Shown piece by piece: positions 50,257 through 60,886 of a stretch of DNA of 64,000 nt; positions within the stretch are counted from its first letter, which is position 1; the number at the start of each line of letters is the position of its first letter. The stretch is from Moraxella sp. (lineage in GTDB: Bacteria; Pseudomonadota; Gammaproteobacteria; Pseudomonadales; Moraxellaceae): contig NZ_JAUNDY010000003.1 in assembly GCF_030525845.1 (NCBI RefSeq), positions 72,552-136,551 on the forward strand, in the 5' to 3' direction. The translations under genes were made by a program, and so were the position numbers. The notes beneath the pieces were generated by a model. The model had not been told where the DNA came from, made no database searches, and saw only the letters and a program-made list of their open reading frames with translations.

Positions 50257-50445
50257 GATTTTACCTGTGGTTATGTAAATAAGTGTGTTGAATTTAGATA
50301 AATGGTTATATCAAGGCAAGGTTTTGGCATGCCAATACATCAGAGGCATTTGTATGAATACACCTACAACGAAAATCGCCCATCTTTAAACGTGCGACTT
50401 TCTTGTATCATGTCAAAATGGCAAGCTAACACAAATCAATGCGTT

Positions 50446-51564
50446 TTACAAAAACTCGTCTACGCCATCTAAGACTTGTTGTAATGTCGCCATTTCAAAA
50501 TCCTTAGTAACAAATGCCTGACCAAGTTTTTTGAGCAATACCAAACGAATATTACCCTGCTGAACTTTTTTGTCATGACCCATCAAATCAAGTGCCACCG
50601 ATGGCTCAATCACAGGGGGCTTGACTGGCAAATCAAATAATTGCAAAAGCTTAATCACACGCAAGACATCATGATGGGCAATCAATCCAAGCTTATGCGA
50701 CATGACCATCGCTTGCACCATGCCTACTGACACCGCCTCCCCATGTAGCCAGTTGCCGTAACCCATGTGCGTTTCGATGACATGACCAAAGGTATGTCCA
50801 AAATTAAGCAAAGCACGCATGCCTGACTCACGCTCATCACTAGCGACAATTCTCGCCTTAAAATCACAGCACTGATACACCATCTCACTCAGCGTCTTAT
50901 GATCTCTTGCGTTGATTTTATCGGCGTGATTTTCAAGCCACGCCAAAAACTCTTCATCAAAAATCAGTGCGTATTTTACCACTTCTGCCATGCCTGCTGC
51001 AAATTCTCTATCAGGCAAAGTATCGAAAGTCCGCATATCCGCCAACACGCACACAGGTTGCCAAAACGCCCCTATCATGTTTTTACCCAATGAGTGATTA
51101 ATGCCTGTCTTACCGCCTACGCTAGAATCCACCTGTGCCAGCAAGGTGGTCGGCACCTGAATGAAGCTTACCCCACGCATAAAACTAGCCGCTGCGAATC
51201 CTGTCATATCGCCAATCACACCACCGCCTAGCGCAATGAGCGTGCAATCTCTGGCAAAATGATGCTCCATTAAAACGTCATAAATGACATTAATACTGTC
51301 TTGGTTTTTGTATTGTTCGCCATCAGGCAAAATACAGCTGACCGCCACTAAATCCGACTTTTTCAGCCTTACCATCAAATTTTCCAAATACAAAGGAGCG
51401 ATGGTGTCGTTGGTAACAACCAGAACCTGCTTACCCTTAATAAAAGGCAAAATCGACCCCGCCAAATCTAACTGAGCAATATCTAGCGATGGGCTTGCAC
51501 CGATAAAAATTGGATAATCATGACTTTGGGTGCTGACAGTCAATGTGTGGTTAATCTGCGTCAT
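50446..51564 (-). CDS. aroB: 3-dehydroquinate synthase
   Basis: 372 aa; NAD-binding 'GGGVIGDMTGFAAA'; metal-binding His residues. Confidence 0.9.
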   Translation of the reverse strand: MTQINHTLTVSTQSHDYPIFIGASPSLDIAQLDLAGSILPFIKGKQVLVVTNDTIAPLYLENLMVRLKKSDLVAVSCILPDGEQYKNQDSINVIYDVLMEHHFARDCTLIALGGGVIGDMTGFAAASFMRGVSFIQVPTTLLAQVDSSVGGKTGINHSLGKNMIGAFWQPVCVLADMRTFDTLPDREFAAGMAEVVKYALIFDEEFLAWLENHADKINARDHKTLSEMVYQCCDFKARIVASDERESGMRALLNFGHTFGHVIETHMGYGNWLHGEAVSVGMVQAMVMSHKLGLIAHHDVLRVIKLLQLFDLPVKPPVIEPSVALDLMGHDKKVQQGNIRLVLLKKLGQAFVTKDFEMATLQQVLDGVDEFL

Positions 51565-51578
51565 GTTTATATTCTCGT

Positions 51579-52184
51579 TTATGGTTGTGGAGTTTTAGCA
51601 TCTTTGGCATAAGCAATCAAAACATCTAATATCTCACTCATCATTTGCTTGGGGTACGCCTTTCCCGTGGGAATAACAATATCCGCCACCTCCCTATATA
51701 AAGGAAGTCGCCTCTGATACAACGTCTCTAAGACAGTTTTTGGGTTTTCTGTTTGGAGTAAGGGGCGATTTTTGTCTTTTTTGGTGCGAGCAAGCTGAGT
51801 CTCCACGCTGGCATCAAGAAAAATTACCAGCCCATGTTTTAGGTATTCACGATTACACGCCCTTTCTACCACGCCACCGCCCGTCGCTAGCACAATGCCA
51901 GACATGGAGGATAACTCTTCCATAGCACGGCTTTCACGCTCACGAAATCCTGCTTCGCCCTCTTTTTCAAAAATCCACGGAATGTCCGCTCCCGCCTTTT
52001 CGCTGATATACCAATCAGCATCTACAAAAGGTCGTTTTAGATGTTTAGCGAGGAGCTTGCCAATGGTGGTCTTGCCAGAACCCATCGGTCCTACCAAGAA
52101 AATAGATGGCAATAAATGAGTATAATGATGAATGGGTTTTTCAACAAATATTTCTTCAATTACAGATACATCTTCTGATAACAT
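51579..52184 (-). CDS. aroK: Shikimate kinase
   Basis: 'FLVGPMGSGKTTIG' P-loop; ~25-aa N-terminal extension. Confidence 0.85.
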   Translation of the reverse strand: MLSEDVSVIEEIFVEKPIHHYTHLLPSIFLVGPMGSGKTTIGKLLAKHLKRPFVDADWYISEKAGADIPWIFEKEGEAGFRERESRAMEELSSMSGIVLATGGGVVERACNREYLKHGLVIFLDASVETQLARTKKDKNRPLLQTENPKTVLETLYQRRLPLYREVADIVIPTGKAYPKQMMSEILDVLIAYAKDAKTPQP

Positions 52185-52306
52185 AATTACATCACTAACA
52201 TAAATTGCTCTATCATACAGGTTTTGACCAATTATGGCTAGCGGTTTTTGTGATTTTTCAAAATAAAAAGCAGACCTAATGCCTGCTTTTTATGGATAAC
52301 CACTCG

Positions 52307-54412
52307 TTAGTAACGACCCACATTATCATTAACAATTCTTGGTGTTACAAAGATAAGTAGCTCTTCTTTGTTATTGGTTCTTGTGTCATTTCTGAACAAC
52401 TTGCCAACAGCAGGTAGATCGCCCAAGAAAGGCACCTTAGCCTGATTATTACCTACAATGTGCTTAAACACACCGCCTAACACCACAGTTTGACCATCTT
52501 CTAAGATGACGTTGGTATCCACCTCATCTTTGGTAAGAATTGGCACACCCAGTGCATAACGCCCAGATTCTTCTGCGTTGGTAATTTTCAATTCCAGACC
52601 AATTTTACCCTCTGGTGTGATGTTAGGCGTTACTTCTAGTGCTAGGGCAGCTTCCTTGAAGCTGACAGAAGTGGCACCACTGGCTGATGCTTCTTGATAA
52701 GGAATCTCAACACCTGAGGCGATTTTGGCTTTTTGCTTGTCCGCTGTCAGTACTTTTGGCGAGGAAATGATTTCACCGCGGTTATCCGCTTGCATGGCAG
52801 ATAATTCTAGTTGAAGTACTGTATTTGAGATATTTAACAATCCAAGAGAGATACCGCTGGTTGATGCGGCACCAACACCTAAGTCTACCGCATATCTAGA
52901 TTCGTCACCTTGATAATTAGCATTAAAGCCGTCCATACCCCTAATTCTCACACTAGGGTCAAGTCGAGAATTATTATGAAATACACCCCATCTTACACCA
53001 AGTTGTTTTGAGAAAACATCTGATGCTCTAACAATACGAGCCTCAATCATGACCTGTCTGACTGGAATGTCAATTTTCTCAATCATTTCACGAATGCTAG
53101 CGATACTCTCGGCAGTATCGTTAATGATAACGGTATTGGTACGACCATCAAATACTGCACTGCCACGAGGACTAAGTAATGATGAGCGACCATTATCTCT
53201 GCTACTACCACCGCTTGACTCTTTTAATAAGTCATGCAAGTCAGAAGCTTTGGCGTAATTTAGCTTAATGTACTCTTTACGTAGTGGTGCAAGCTCAGTT
53301 ACTTTCTTGGCGTCTTCTAGCTCTTTAATCTCTTGGGCAGCAAGTTCAGCAGCAGGAGCGACCAAGATAACGTTTTTATTCTTACGCTGACCTAAGTTTT
53401 TGCTCTTTAAGATGATGTCAAGAGCCTGATCCCATGGCACATTGATAAGTCTTAGTGTAATATTGCCTTGTACATTATCAGCAGCCACGATGTTGTTTTC
53501 GGTAAACTGACCCAAAACATCTAGTACCGTACGCACCGACACATCTTGGAATTCCATCGATAGTGGTTCGCCAGTATACACCTTTTCTTCAATGGTTGGC
53601 TCACGAAGCATTTTTGGTGGCAACACGGAGATGTTTAGCGTAGAACCAGACTGATAAGCCTGATATTCAAAGTCGCCTTTCATGTTAATGGTAATGATAC
53701 CACTTTGCCCCTGATTGACGGCATTAATGTCAGCCACTAAGCCACTACCATTAATACGTTTTAAAAGATGGCGTGGAATAGTTGTACCACTAGTACGCAC
53801 CACCAATTTATTGCCTTGACGCTGTACGTCCACAGGAATGGCTTCGTTGGTTAATGCAATCGTAATATTGCCGCCATTAGCATTGCCTGAATAATTAACC
53901 GCTGATACGCCGTCATAATTGGAAGCAAGGGAGGCAGAAGTTGGTGCAAGTAGTGGGTTTACCTTTACAGTCATGGTATCTGCCACGGGAACTGGGGAAG
54001 TACTTTGGCTAACCGATGGCAAAGCACCTTGCTTAATATTAATAACCAGGCTGTTGCCCTCAATAGTACTGGTATAACTTGCCGCATCTTTTAAATCAAT
54101 CATCAGGCGTGTCATAGAACCGTTATTTAGAGCAGTAACCTCATTAACCAAACCACGGTTAATTGGCATGCTTCTTGGCAGACCTTCGCTGCTGACTTGA
54201 TTAAAATCCAAAGCAAGCTGTCTACCGCCTGCTTGTTGATAGGCCACAGGTGTTACTGGCTGACCATCAAAAGCAACTTTAATCTGGGTAGTGTCAGCAC
54301 TAAGCTGGCTAGCTGATAGACCTCGAATAGCAAGAGCGTGAGCCTCGCTTGTCATCAAACCAATTGCCAACGCAGAATAAGCAAAGGCAGATTTTTTATT
54401 GAAAAAACTCAT
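52307..54412 (-). CDS. pilQ: Type IV pilus secretin PilQ
   Basis: 701 aa; AMIN/N-domains and C-terminal secretin domain. Confidence 0.9.
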   Translation of the reverse strand: MSFFNKKSAFAYSALAIGLMTSEAHALAIRGLSASQLSADTTQIKVAFDGQPVTPVAYQQAGGRQLALDFNQVSSEGLPRSMPINRGLVNEVTALNNGSMTRLMIDLKDAASYTSTIEGNSLVINIKQGALPSVSQSTSPVPVADTMTVKVNPLLAPTSASLASNYDGVSAVNYSGNANGGNITIALTNEAIPVDVQRQGNKLVVRTSGTTIPRHLLKRINGSGLVADINAVNQGQSGIITINMKGDFEYQAYQSGSTLNISVLPPKMLREPTIEEKVYTGEPLSMEFQDVSVRTVLDVLGQFTENNIVAADNVQGNITLRLINVPWDQALDIILKSKNLGQRKNKNVILVAPAAELAAQEIKELEDAKKVTELAPLRKEYIKLNYAKASDLHDLLKESSGGSSRDNGRSSLLSPRGSAVFDGRTNTVIINDTAESIASIREMIEKIDIPVRQVMIEARIVRASDVFSKQLGVRWGVFHNNSRLDPSVRIRGMDGFNANYQGDESRYAVDLGVGAASTSGISLGLLNISNTVLQLELSAMQADNRGEIISSPKVLTADKQKAKIASGVEIPYQEASASGATSVSFKEAALALEVTPNITPEGKIGLELKITNAEESGRYALGVPILTKDEVDTNVILEDGQTVVLGGVFKHIVGNNQAKVPFLGDLPAVGKLFRNDTRTNNKEELLIFVTPRIVNDNVGRY

Positions 54413-54441
54413 TTTTTTGTCCTCGATAAATCCAGTTGGCG

Positions 54442-54969
54442 TTAATTCGGTGATACTAAATTGGCAGCTTTTTCGATGTATTGCTCATCTACATCTTGAA
54501 TAATTTCAATCAAATTAATCTGTGTAGAGGTAATTTCAACAATACGCCCATGATTCTTACCTAGATAATTACCTACCTGTACGTCATGTACTCTCATGTC
54601 AGGTGTCTGAACCAAGCCGTACTCTTGACCATTTGGCGCAACAACCTTGCCACGATATACCAATTGAGTCAATTCATAAGCTTCAAGCGGCTCTTTTACA
54701 CGAGTCTCATCAGGCTTCACAGAAGGTGCTTGCTCAATTTTTCTTTGACGTTCAAGCAAACTCTTCGCCACAAAAGGACTACGAACATTCTGGGCGCCGT
54801 AGGTAAAGCCCTCAATTCTAAGAGGTTCTGGCGGCGCCGAGATGGGCTGAGCAGGCGATTTTTGAATCTTTTGCATTTCAGCTTCGGCAAGACTAACACG
54901 GTCAGTGCAACCCACCATCAACACACCCATAGCAAGGACACAAGATGTGATTTTAAGAGAATGCATCAT
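54442..54969 (-). CDS. pilP: Type IV pilus assembly lipoprotein PilP
   Basis: 'LMVGC' lipobox; 175 aa. Confidence 0.8.
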   Translation of the reverse strand: MMHSLKITSCVLAMGVLMVGCTDRVSLAEAEMQKIQKSPAQPISAPPEPLRIEGFTYGAQNVRSPFVAKSLLERQRKIEQAPSVKPDETRVKEPLEAYELTQLVYRGKVVAPNGQEYGLVQTPDMRVHDVQVGNYLGKNHGRIVEITSTQINLIEIIQDVDEQYIEKAANLVSPN

Positions 54970-55811
54970 TTCTTGCCTCCTTTGTCTTTTTTGTCATCTT
55001 TTTTGGGCGTTGCTGCCATTTCCTCCGAGCTCTTAGCGCGATAGGTCTTGGCTTGTATCACAAGTTGCAGTTCAGGCATTCTATCAAGCGAAGGTTGCGG
55101 ATTCTTAATCTCAAAATCATGCATGGTAATGATTCGAGGCAGTGCAGCTACACCACTCACAAATGAACCAAACTGATGATAATCGCCTAAGCCGATAATT
55201 TGGATTGGCTGTTCTATAAAGAACTCGTGCGTAATTTCAGCTTGCGTTGAGATATTCTGGAAGCGAACACCACTGCCACTACCCACCATGTTGATGTCAT
55301 CAACAAGCTCAGGAATACGCGTGTCTTTTGGCAACTGATTAAGCAGTTTTTCAAATTCAACTTGCATTTGAGCCACTTGCTCTTCGTAAGCCTGCAAATG
55401 GCGAGCCTTAGATTCTTTTTCTTTGTACTTTTCAAGCAAGACTGTTTGTTGGGCTTCTGCCGCTTTAATCTCATCAATCTTCTTAGAAATAAGCAAGAAC
55501 CATGCCAATGCTAAGATGAACGCCACAATCGCCACCAAGATAAAAATCTTTACTGGCACTGGCGCAGAACCATAGTTCTGACCATTAAGCGAGTTTACCT
55601 CTGCCATGAACTTTTTAAAATCAAAGGCGGGCTTTTTATTTTTTGGTGCTACTTTCTTGGCTTTGCTTTTAGCTTTTGGCTTGGACGAGCCACCAAAACC
55701 CTTGGGCTTAGACAGACTTGACTTGCCCAATTTGAGCTTCTTCCCACCCTCTTCTGGTGTAGCGGTCGTTGTCTCAGCGGCTGTTTTGGATTTTTTCAAT
55801 GAGAATTTCAT
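54966..55811 (-). CDS. pilO: Type IV pilus assembly protein PilO (with Lys-rich N-terminal extension)
   Basis: TM then PilO core; 4-bp overlaps with pilN and pilP. Confidence 0.8.
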   Translation of the reverse strand: MKFSLKKSKTAAETTTATPEEGGKKLKLGKSSLSKPKGFGGSSKPKAKSKAKKVAPKNKKPAFDFKKFMAEVNSLNGQNYGSAPVPVKIFILVAIVAFILALAWFLLISKKIDEIKAAEAQQTVLLEKYKEKESKARHLQAYEEQVAQMQVEFEKLLNQLPKDTRIPELVDDINMVGSGSGVRFQNISTQAEITHEFFIEQPIQIIGLGDYHQFGSFVSGVAALPRIITMHDFEIKNPQPSLDRMPELQLVIQAKTYRAKSSEEMAATPKKDDKKDKGGKK

Positions 55812-56668
55812 TGTTGACCTCCCGCTTGGGCATTACTGTTATCAACCACAGGTTGTGCGTCTTGTGGCGCTACTTGCTCGGTAACCGCAGCAGGTTGATT
55901 TGCACTAGCAGTCTCGCCTGCATTTGCTGGGGCAGGAGCAGGCGTATCCGCAGGTGCATTCTCAATGCCAATCGGTGCCACCTCTGGCATCTCTGCCACA
56001 TCTGTAATCGGAGGCAAGACAACATCTGCATCGCCACCAGTCTGAGACTTGGCTTTTTCTTCTTCAGTTTGTGGGTTTTGAACTTTGGTAACTACCACAA
56101 ACTCAACATAGCTGTCCTCAGGATAGATAGGGCGTGCCTTATCCGCATTTGCCTGCTTAGGAGCAATGTCTTGATATGCTTCAAGTCGACTCTTGATACT
56201 GGAAACCACCGAACCATCTAGCCATTCACTAGCGTTTAGGTTGCGTACCAAAGAAGCGACAACATTAGGGTTGGCAGCAAAACCTGTCAAAGTAATGGTG
56301 TCAGCATCTCTCTTGATGCTATTTAGATACATCGCTTCTGGCATGGCTCTTGCAATGTCGTCCCAAACACGCACAGGAATAGAACGGCGACCTTGTAGGT
56401 CTTGAACCACTTTCATCTGAGCAATCATTTGGTCGCGTTGAGCTTCTAACTCCTCAATGGATTTTAGTGCCACATCAAGCTGGGCATTAGCATCTTCAAT
56501 GCGCTTATTGGCATCTTGTTGGTTAGATAAATCCCTACCCAATAATGACAATGCCAACACAGTAACCAAGACCGCAACACCAGCTGTCGCTCCTGCAAGT
56601 AGGTTGAATTCCTTGTTCTTGCGTTCACGCTGTTCTTTGCGCCAAGGCAATAAGTTAATACGTGCCAT
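55808..56668 (-). CDS. pilN: Type IV pilus assembly protein PilN (with A/P/Q-rich C-terminal tail)
   Basis: 'MARINLLPWRKEQRERK' PilN N-terminus. Confidence 0.85.
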   Translation of the reverse strand: MARINLLPWRKEQRERKNKEFNLLAGATAGVAVLVTVLALSLLGRDLSNQQDANKRIEDANAQLDVALKSIEELEAQRDQMIAQMKVVQDLQGRRSIPVRVWDDIARAMPEAMYLNSIKRDADTITLTGFAANPNVVASLVRNLNASEWLDGSVVSSIKSRLEAYQDIAPKQANADKARPIYPEDSYVEFVVVTKVQNPQTEEEKAKSQTGGDADVVLPPITDVAEMPEVAPIGIENAPADTPAPAPANAGETASANQPAAVTEQVAPQDAQPVVDNSNAQAGGQQ

Positions 56669-57732
56669 TAGTCAAACCCCCTTAAAGCCAACCCACAAGC
56701 CCCCATCAGGCTCGGTGCGTCTTTTTGAAGCATGGTGGCATCAATACGTGAATCAATGGACATGCCCTCGAATGGATTTGCCACTGATACCATACCTCCA
56801 ACGCGTTGTTGCACCATCTGAGCAAGACCCGGCAGGGCAGACGTACCACCACATAATACAATATGGTCTACATTATTATACTCACTTGATGAGAAATAGA
56901 ACTGCAACGAACGGCTAATTTGCTGAACGATGTTTTCCATAAAAGGCATTAGCACACTTTCATGATAATCAGCTGGCAAGGTGTACTCATGCTTACCGAT
57001 GGTTGCATCATGATAAGGAATGCTATAACGAGCTTGAATTTCTTCGGTCAGCTGTGCACCGCCAAAACCTTGTTCGCGGCTATAAATAAATTCACCATCT
57101 TTGGCGATGTATAAAGTGGATTGCTTATGACCCAAATCAACCAAAGCCACCACCTGAGGGTCGTTTGGTAGATTATCTGTCATCAAGCTAAATGAACGCT
57201 CAATAGCATGAGATTCAATGTCCATTACCTTAGTGGTAAGACCGCCAAGTTGTAGTGTCTCAACACGCTGTTCTACGTTCTCAGAACGAGAAGCAGCAAG
57301 CAACACACGCACCAAATTAGGGGCGGCGGTTGATGGTCCTAACACCTCAAAGTCAATATTTACCTCAGAGAGCGGATAAGGAATGTATTGCTCAGCATCC
57401 AACTTAATCTGCGCTTCACGGTCAGAATCAGACATGTTATTTTCCATGTCAATAACTTTCGTGATGACCGCCGAACCAGACACCGCCGTTGCTGCGTCTT
57501 TTGAACCAGCACCTGAGCGTCTCACTAAGCGAGAAATAGCCTCGCCCACTTCTTCGGCGTTCACGATATTTTTATCAACAACCCAACCCGGCTCAAGTGG
57601 CTCAACGCCATAAGACTTCAAATGGAGTCTTCCTTGTTGCTTTGTCAGCTCAACAAGTTTAACAGAAGTGGTACTGACATCTAAGCCGATAAGATGCCGA
57701 CCCTTAGGAGAAAATAGCCCCACAGACTTCAT
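56668..57732 (-). CDS. pilM: Type IV pilus assembly ATPase-like protein PilM
   Basis: 354 aa, actin-like fold. Confidence 0.9.
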   Translation of the reverse strand: MKSVGLFSPKGRHLIGLDVSTTSVKLVELTKQQGRLHLKSYGVEPLEPGWVVDKNIVNAEEVGEAISRLVRRSGAGSKDAATAVSGSAVITKVIDMENNMSDSDREAQIKLDAEQYIPYPLSEVNIDFEVLGPSTAAPNLVRVLLAASRSENVEQRVETLQLGGLTTKVMDIESHAIERSFSLMTDNLPNDPQVVALVDLGHKQSTLYIAKDGEFIYSREQGFGGAQLTEEIQARYSIPYHDATIGKHEYTLPADYHESVLMPFMENIVQQISRSLQFYFSSSEYNNVDHIVLCGGTSALPGLAQMVQQRVGGMVSVANPFEGMSIDSRIDATMLQKDAPSLMGACGLALRGFD

Positions 57733-57962
57733 TCCTTATATTTTTGACCCAAACCAAACAAAAACAGCAATGTTTGGTTATAATAATGGTCCTCTTAAAG
57801 TACAATATGCTACCTTTTGCATGCCTGATAACACCAATTTAACAGTTTTGTTAACAGTTTTATCAGAAATCTGCTATACTTAGCGGTAATTTTAACATGA
57901 ATTTTATAAAATTACACATACTTTGTAACACATTCTTTACACAAAAGATATGATACAACATT

Positions 57963-60743
57963 TTGGCAACAATTTTAACCACTAGAAGTGCTATGTCTCA
58001 AAAAAATACCGCCGTTCGTCTGATTTCTTACCTAAAAAACCTAATTTTGGCAATTTTTGCCTTGATTTTAATCTTGGTGCTTGCCTTTCCTATCGGCTTT
58101 TATGGTATGGCAATGTATCTTGAACCGAGCTTGCCCGACATCAAAGATTTAAAACGCATGCCCCTAGAAATGCCCTTGCAAATCTACACAGCAGATAATA
58201 AGCTCATCGGTCAATACGGCAACCGATATTCTTTGCCTGTTGCCTATGAAGATATTCCAGAAACGATGATTCATGCGTTTTTGGCAGCAGAGGACGATAC
58301 CTTTTTTGAGCATAGCGGTATCAGCGTCAAGGGGCTTGGGCGTGCTATCACAGAAATCATTTCATCTGATGGTGGGCAAACAGGTGGTTCTAGCATCACT
58401 CAACAAGTCGCCAAAAACTACTTTTTGAGCCCAGAACAAACCTTTGAACGTAAACTCAATGAGCTTTTTATCTCTCGTAAAATCGAAAGCGAGATGTCCA
58501 AAAAAGAAATCATGACTTTATATGTCAATAAAATCTATCTTGGACAAGGGGCATACGGCATTCGAGCGGCCGCTAAACGATATTATAGTAAGTCGTTAAA
58601 TAACCTTACGGTTGCTGAGATGGCAATGCTCGCTGGACTTCCCAAAGCACCTTCTGATTTTAACCCTGTCGTCAATCCAAAACGTGCCATCGAGCGACGC
58701 AACTGGATTATTGGGCGTATGCTCAATGAAGGCTACATCACTCAGGCACAGCATGATGAAGCCATTAGTGCAGACATTGGGCTAAATATGTACCAAGAGA
58801 CGCTTGACCTAAATATGCCCTACATCGCTGAAATGGCTCGCTCATCACTGGTGCATAAATACGGCGAGCAAGTCATGCACAGTGGCTGGCGCGTACAACT
58901 TACCATTAATAGTGCTGACCAAATCAAAGCACGCCAATCGGTGCTACAAGGCATTTATAGTCATAACGCCTACACTAACACCAGCTATCGTGGCGTGGAA
59001 GCCTTGACGGGGGAATTGGGTTATTTTAAACCTTTTACTTTTGGCGAGGGTGAGAGATTTCCCAACATGCTCCCCGCTAAGGTGGTTGAAGTTAAAAAGG
59101 GTCAAATCAGAGCCGAGCTTCAATCAGGCGAGGTTGTCCGTGTCTTTATGAACATGAATTATGCAGGCAAAAAAGGTGGATTTGGCACCAACTTAGTCGC
59201 TGGCAAACGCTCCGACCTCAAACCCACTATTGAAGTTGGCAACATCATTCGTGTAACCAAGCGAGACAATAGCTGGTATGTGGCACAGCCACCACGCACG
59301 CAAGGGGCATTGGTTTCCATTAATCCCCAAAATGGTGCCTTAGAAGCTGTTGTAGGCGGTTTTCATTTTAACCAAAGTAAATTTAACCGTGCCACACAAG
59401 GCTATCGCCAACCGGGTTCTATCATCAAACCTTTGGTGTACTCTGCCACCTTTGAAAACACCAAACTAAGCCCATCAGATGCCATCTCTAACGAAGCCAT
59501 CAGCATCGGTGGCTGGAAACCCAAAAACGCAGGGGGTGGCTCTGGCGGTATGGTTAGTATTTCTGGGGCATTGGCACGTTCGCTAAACTTACCCTCCATT
59601 CGCATGATGCAAAAAGCTGGGGTTGAACAAACCAGAAGCATGCTCTCACAGTTTGGTCTAGAAAAAGACCGTCTGCCCGCCTCTCTTGCACTTGCCTTAG
59701 GTGCTGCTGATGCCACCCCCCTACAAATGGCAACCGCCTATGCTACTTTTGCCAATGGCGGACACCGCATTCAGCCCTACTTTATTGAGCGAATTTATGA
59801 TTTTGATAGCAACACCATTTTTCAAGCGAACCCCGCCCAAGCGTGTGCTGTCTGCTTTAATAAAGAACTTAGCAAAATCAACACCAAATTGCTAGATGGT
59901 TTTGGTTTTGAATCCTCATTGGACGATAAAGCAGATAAAAAAGCTGACGATGAATCTACTGACAAACAGACAGCTTCTGACAAAGAAGATGCCAAAGCCA
60001 AAAAATCCACCAAAAAGACCAAAGACAGCAAAGAAGTCGATGATGACACCAAAGAACCCCCAAAAACCAAAGACGACACCAAAACCATCATCACTCGTGG
60101 CAACGCTGCCCAAAAAGAACTTTTGGCACGTCAAGAGGCTTATCGCAAAGAACACCCAGAGCTTGATGCTGCCCCCATCTTTGACCGCCTAAATCCCAAG
60201 CAAGCTGTCCAATATGGCATTGCCGAGCAAGCACCTCGTATTTTATCAGTCAAGACCGCCAAATACATGTCTAGCATGCTAAAAGGCGTGATGACAGGTG
60301 GTACAGGTAGCAAGGGCAATTTCCGTTCTGATTTGGGCGGAAAAACAGGTACTACCAACCAAGCTCGTGATGTGTGGTTTGCTGGTATTCAGCGTAACCA
60401 TGTTGCGGTGGTCTGGGTCGGTTATGATGAACCTGCCTCGCTTGGTGCTAAGGCCTTTGGTGGCACACTCGCCATGCCGATTTGGGTGGATTATATGAGA
60501 TACCAACTCAAAAATGAGCCGATTGCATGGGTTGCTGATGGCAATATCGCCAAAACCAAAAAATCCACCCAAAAAATCATTGACATTACCAATGACAACG
60601 AGGCAGCCGCTCTTGATGAGTTAATTAAACAAGAAGCCGAAGATGCCCTGTCTGATGAAATCTTAGGCAAAAACGTGGACGTTGTCGAAAGTTCAGGCGA
60701 TGAAATTATCCCTGAGGGCGACGGCGAGGAAATTACCGATTAA
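57963..60743 (+). CDS. mrcA: Penicillin-binding protein 1A (bifunctional transglycosylase/transpeptidase)
   Basis: GT51 motifs 'EDDTFFEHSG'; TP 'SIIKP'; 'KTGTT'; K/D-rich insert near the C-terminus. Confidence 0.9.
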   Translation: MATILTTRSAMSQKNTAVRLISYLKNLILAIFALILILVLAFPIGFYGMAMYLEPSLPDIKDLKRMPLEMPLQIYTADNKLIGQYGNRYSLPVAYEDIPETMIHAFLAAEDDTFFEHSGISVKGLGRAITEIISSDGGQTGGSSITQQVAKNYFLSPEQTFERKLNELFISRKIESEMSKKEIMTLYVNKIYLGQGAYGIRAAAKRYYSKSLNNLTVAEMAMLAGLPKAPSDFNPVVNPKRAIERRNWIIGRMLNEGYITQAQHDEAISADIGLNMYQETLDLNMPYIAEMARSSLVHKYGEQVMHSGWRVQLTINSADQIKARQSVLQGIYSHNAYTNTSYRGVEALTGELGYFKPFTFGEGERFPNMLPAKVVEVKKGQIRAELQSGEVVRVFMNMNYAGKKGGFGTNLVAGKRSDLKPTIEVGNIIRVTKRDNSWYVAQPPRTQGALVSINPQNGALEAVVGGFHFNQSKFNRATQGYRQPGSIIKPLVYSATFENTKLSPSDAISNEAISIGGWKPKNAGGGSGGMVSISGALARSLNLPSIRMMQKAGVEQTRSMLSQFGLEKDRLPASLALALGAADATPLQMATAYATFANGGHRIQPYFIERIYDFDSNTIFQANPAQACAVCFNKELSKINTKLLDGFGFESSLDDKADKKADDESTDKQTASDKEDAKAKKSTKKTKDSKEVDDDTKEPPKTKDDTKTIITRGNAAQKELLARQEAYRKEHPELDAAPIFDRLNPKQAVQYGIAEQAPRILSVKTAKYMSSMLKGVMTGGTGSKGNFRSDLGGKTGTTNQARDVWFAGIQRNHVAVVWVGYDEPASLGAKAFGGTLAMPIWVDYMRYQLKNEPIAWVADGNIAKTKKSTQKIIDITNDNEAAALDELIKQEAEDALSDEILGKNVDVVESSGDEIIPEGDGEEITD

Positions 60744-60754
60744 TCCTACCACTC

Positions 60755-60783
60755 AAAAACACGGCTTCGGTCGTGTTTTTTGT
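60755..60783 (+). terminator. Rho-independent terminator after mrcA
   Basis: cacggc-UUCG-gtcgtg stem plus T6. Confidence 0.65.
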
Positions 60784-60886
60784 ATCTAATCACACTCAAT
60801 CATGTCATGATAGTCGCAGAAAAAGTGCTTTTGCGACATAGAGAAATTTGTTATAATGGTCAATTAATTTTATTTAGAGTATACAT

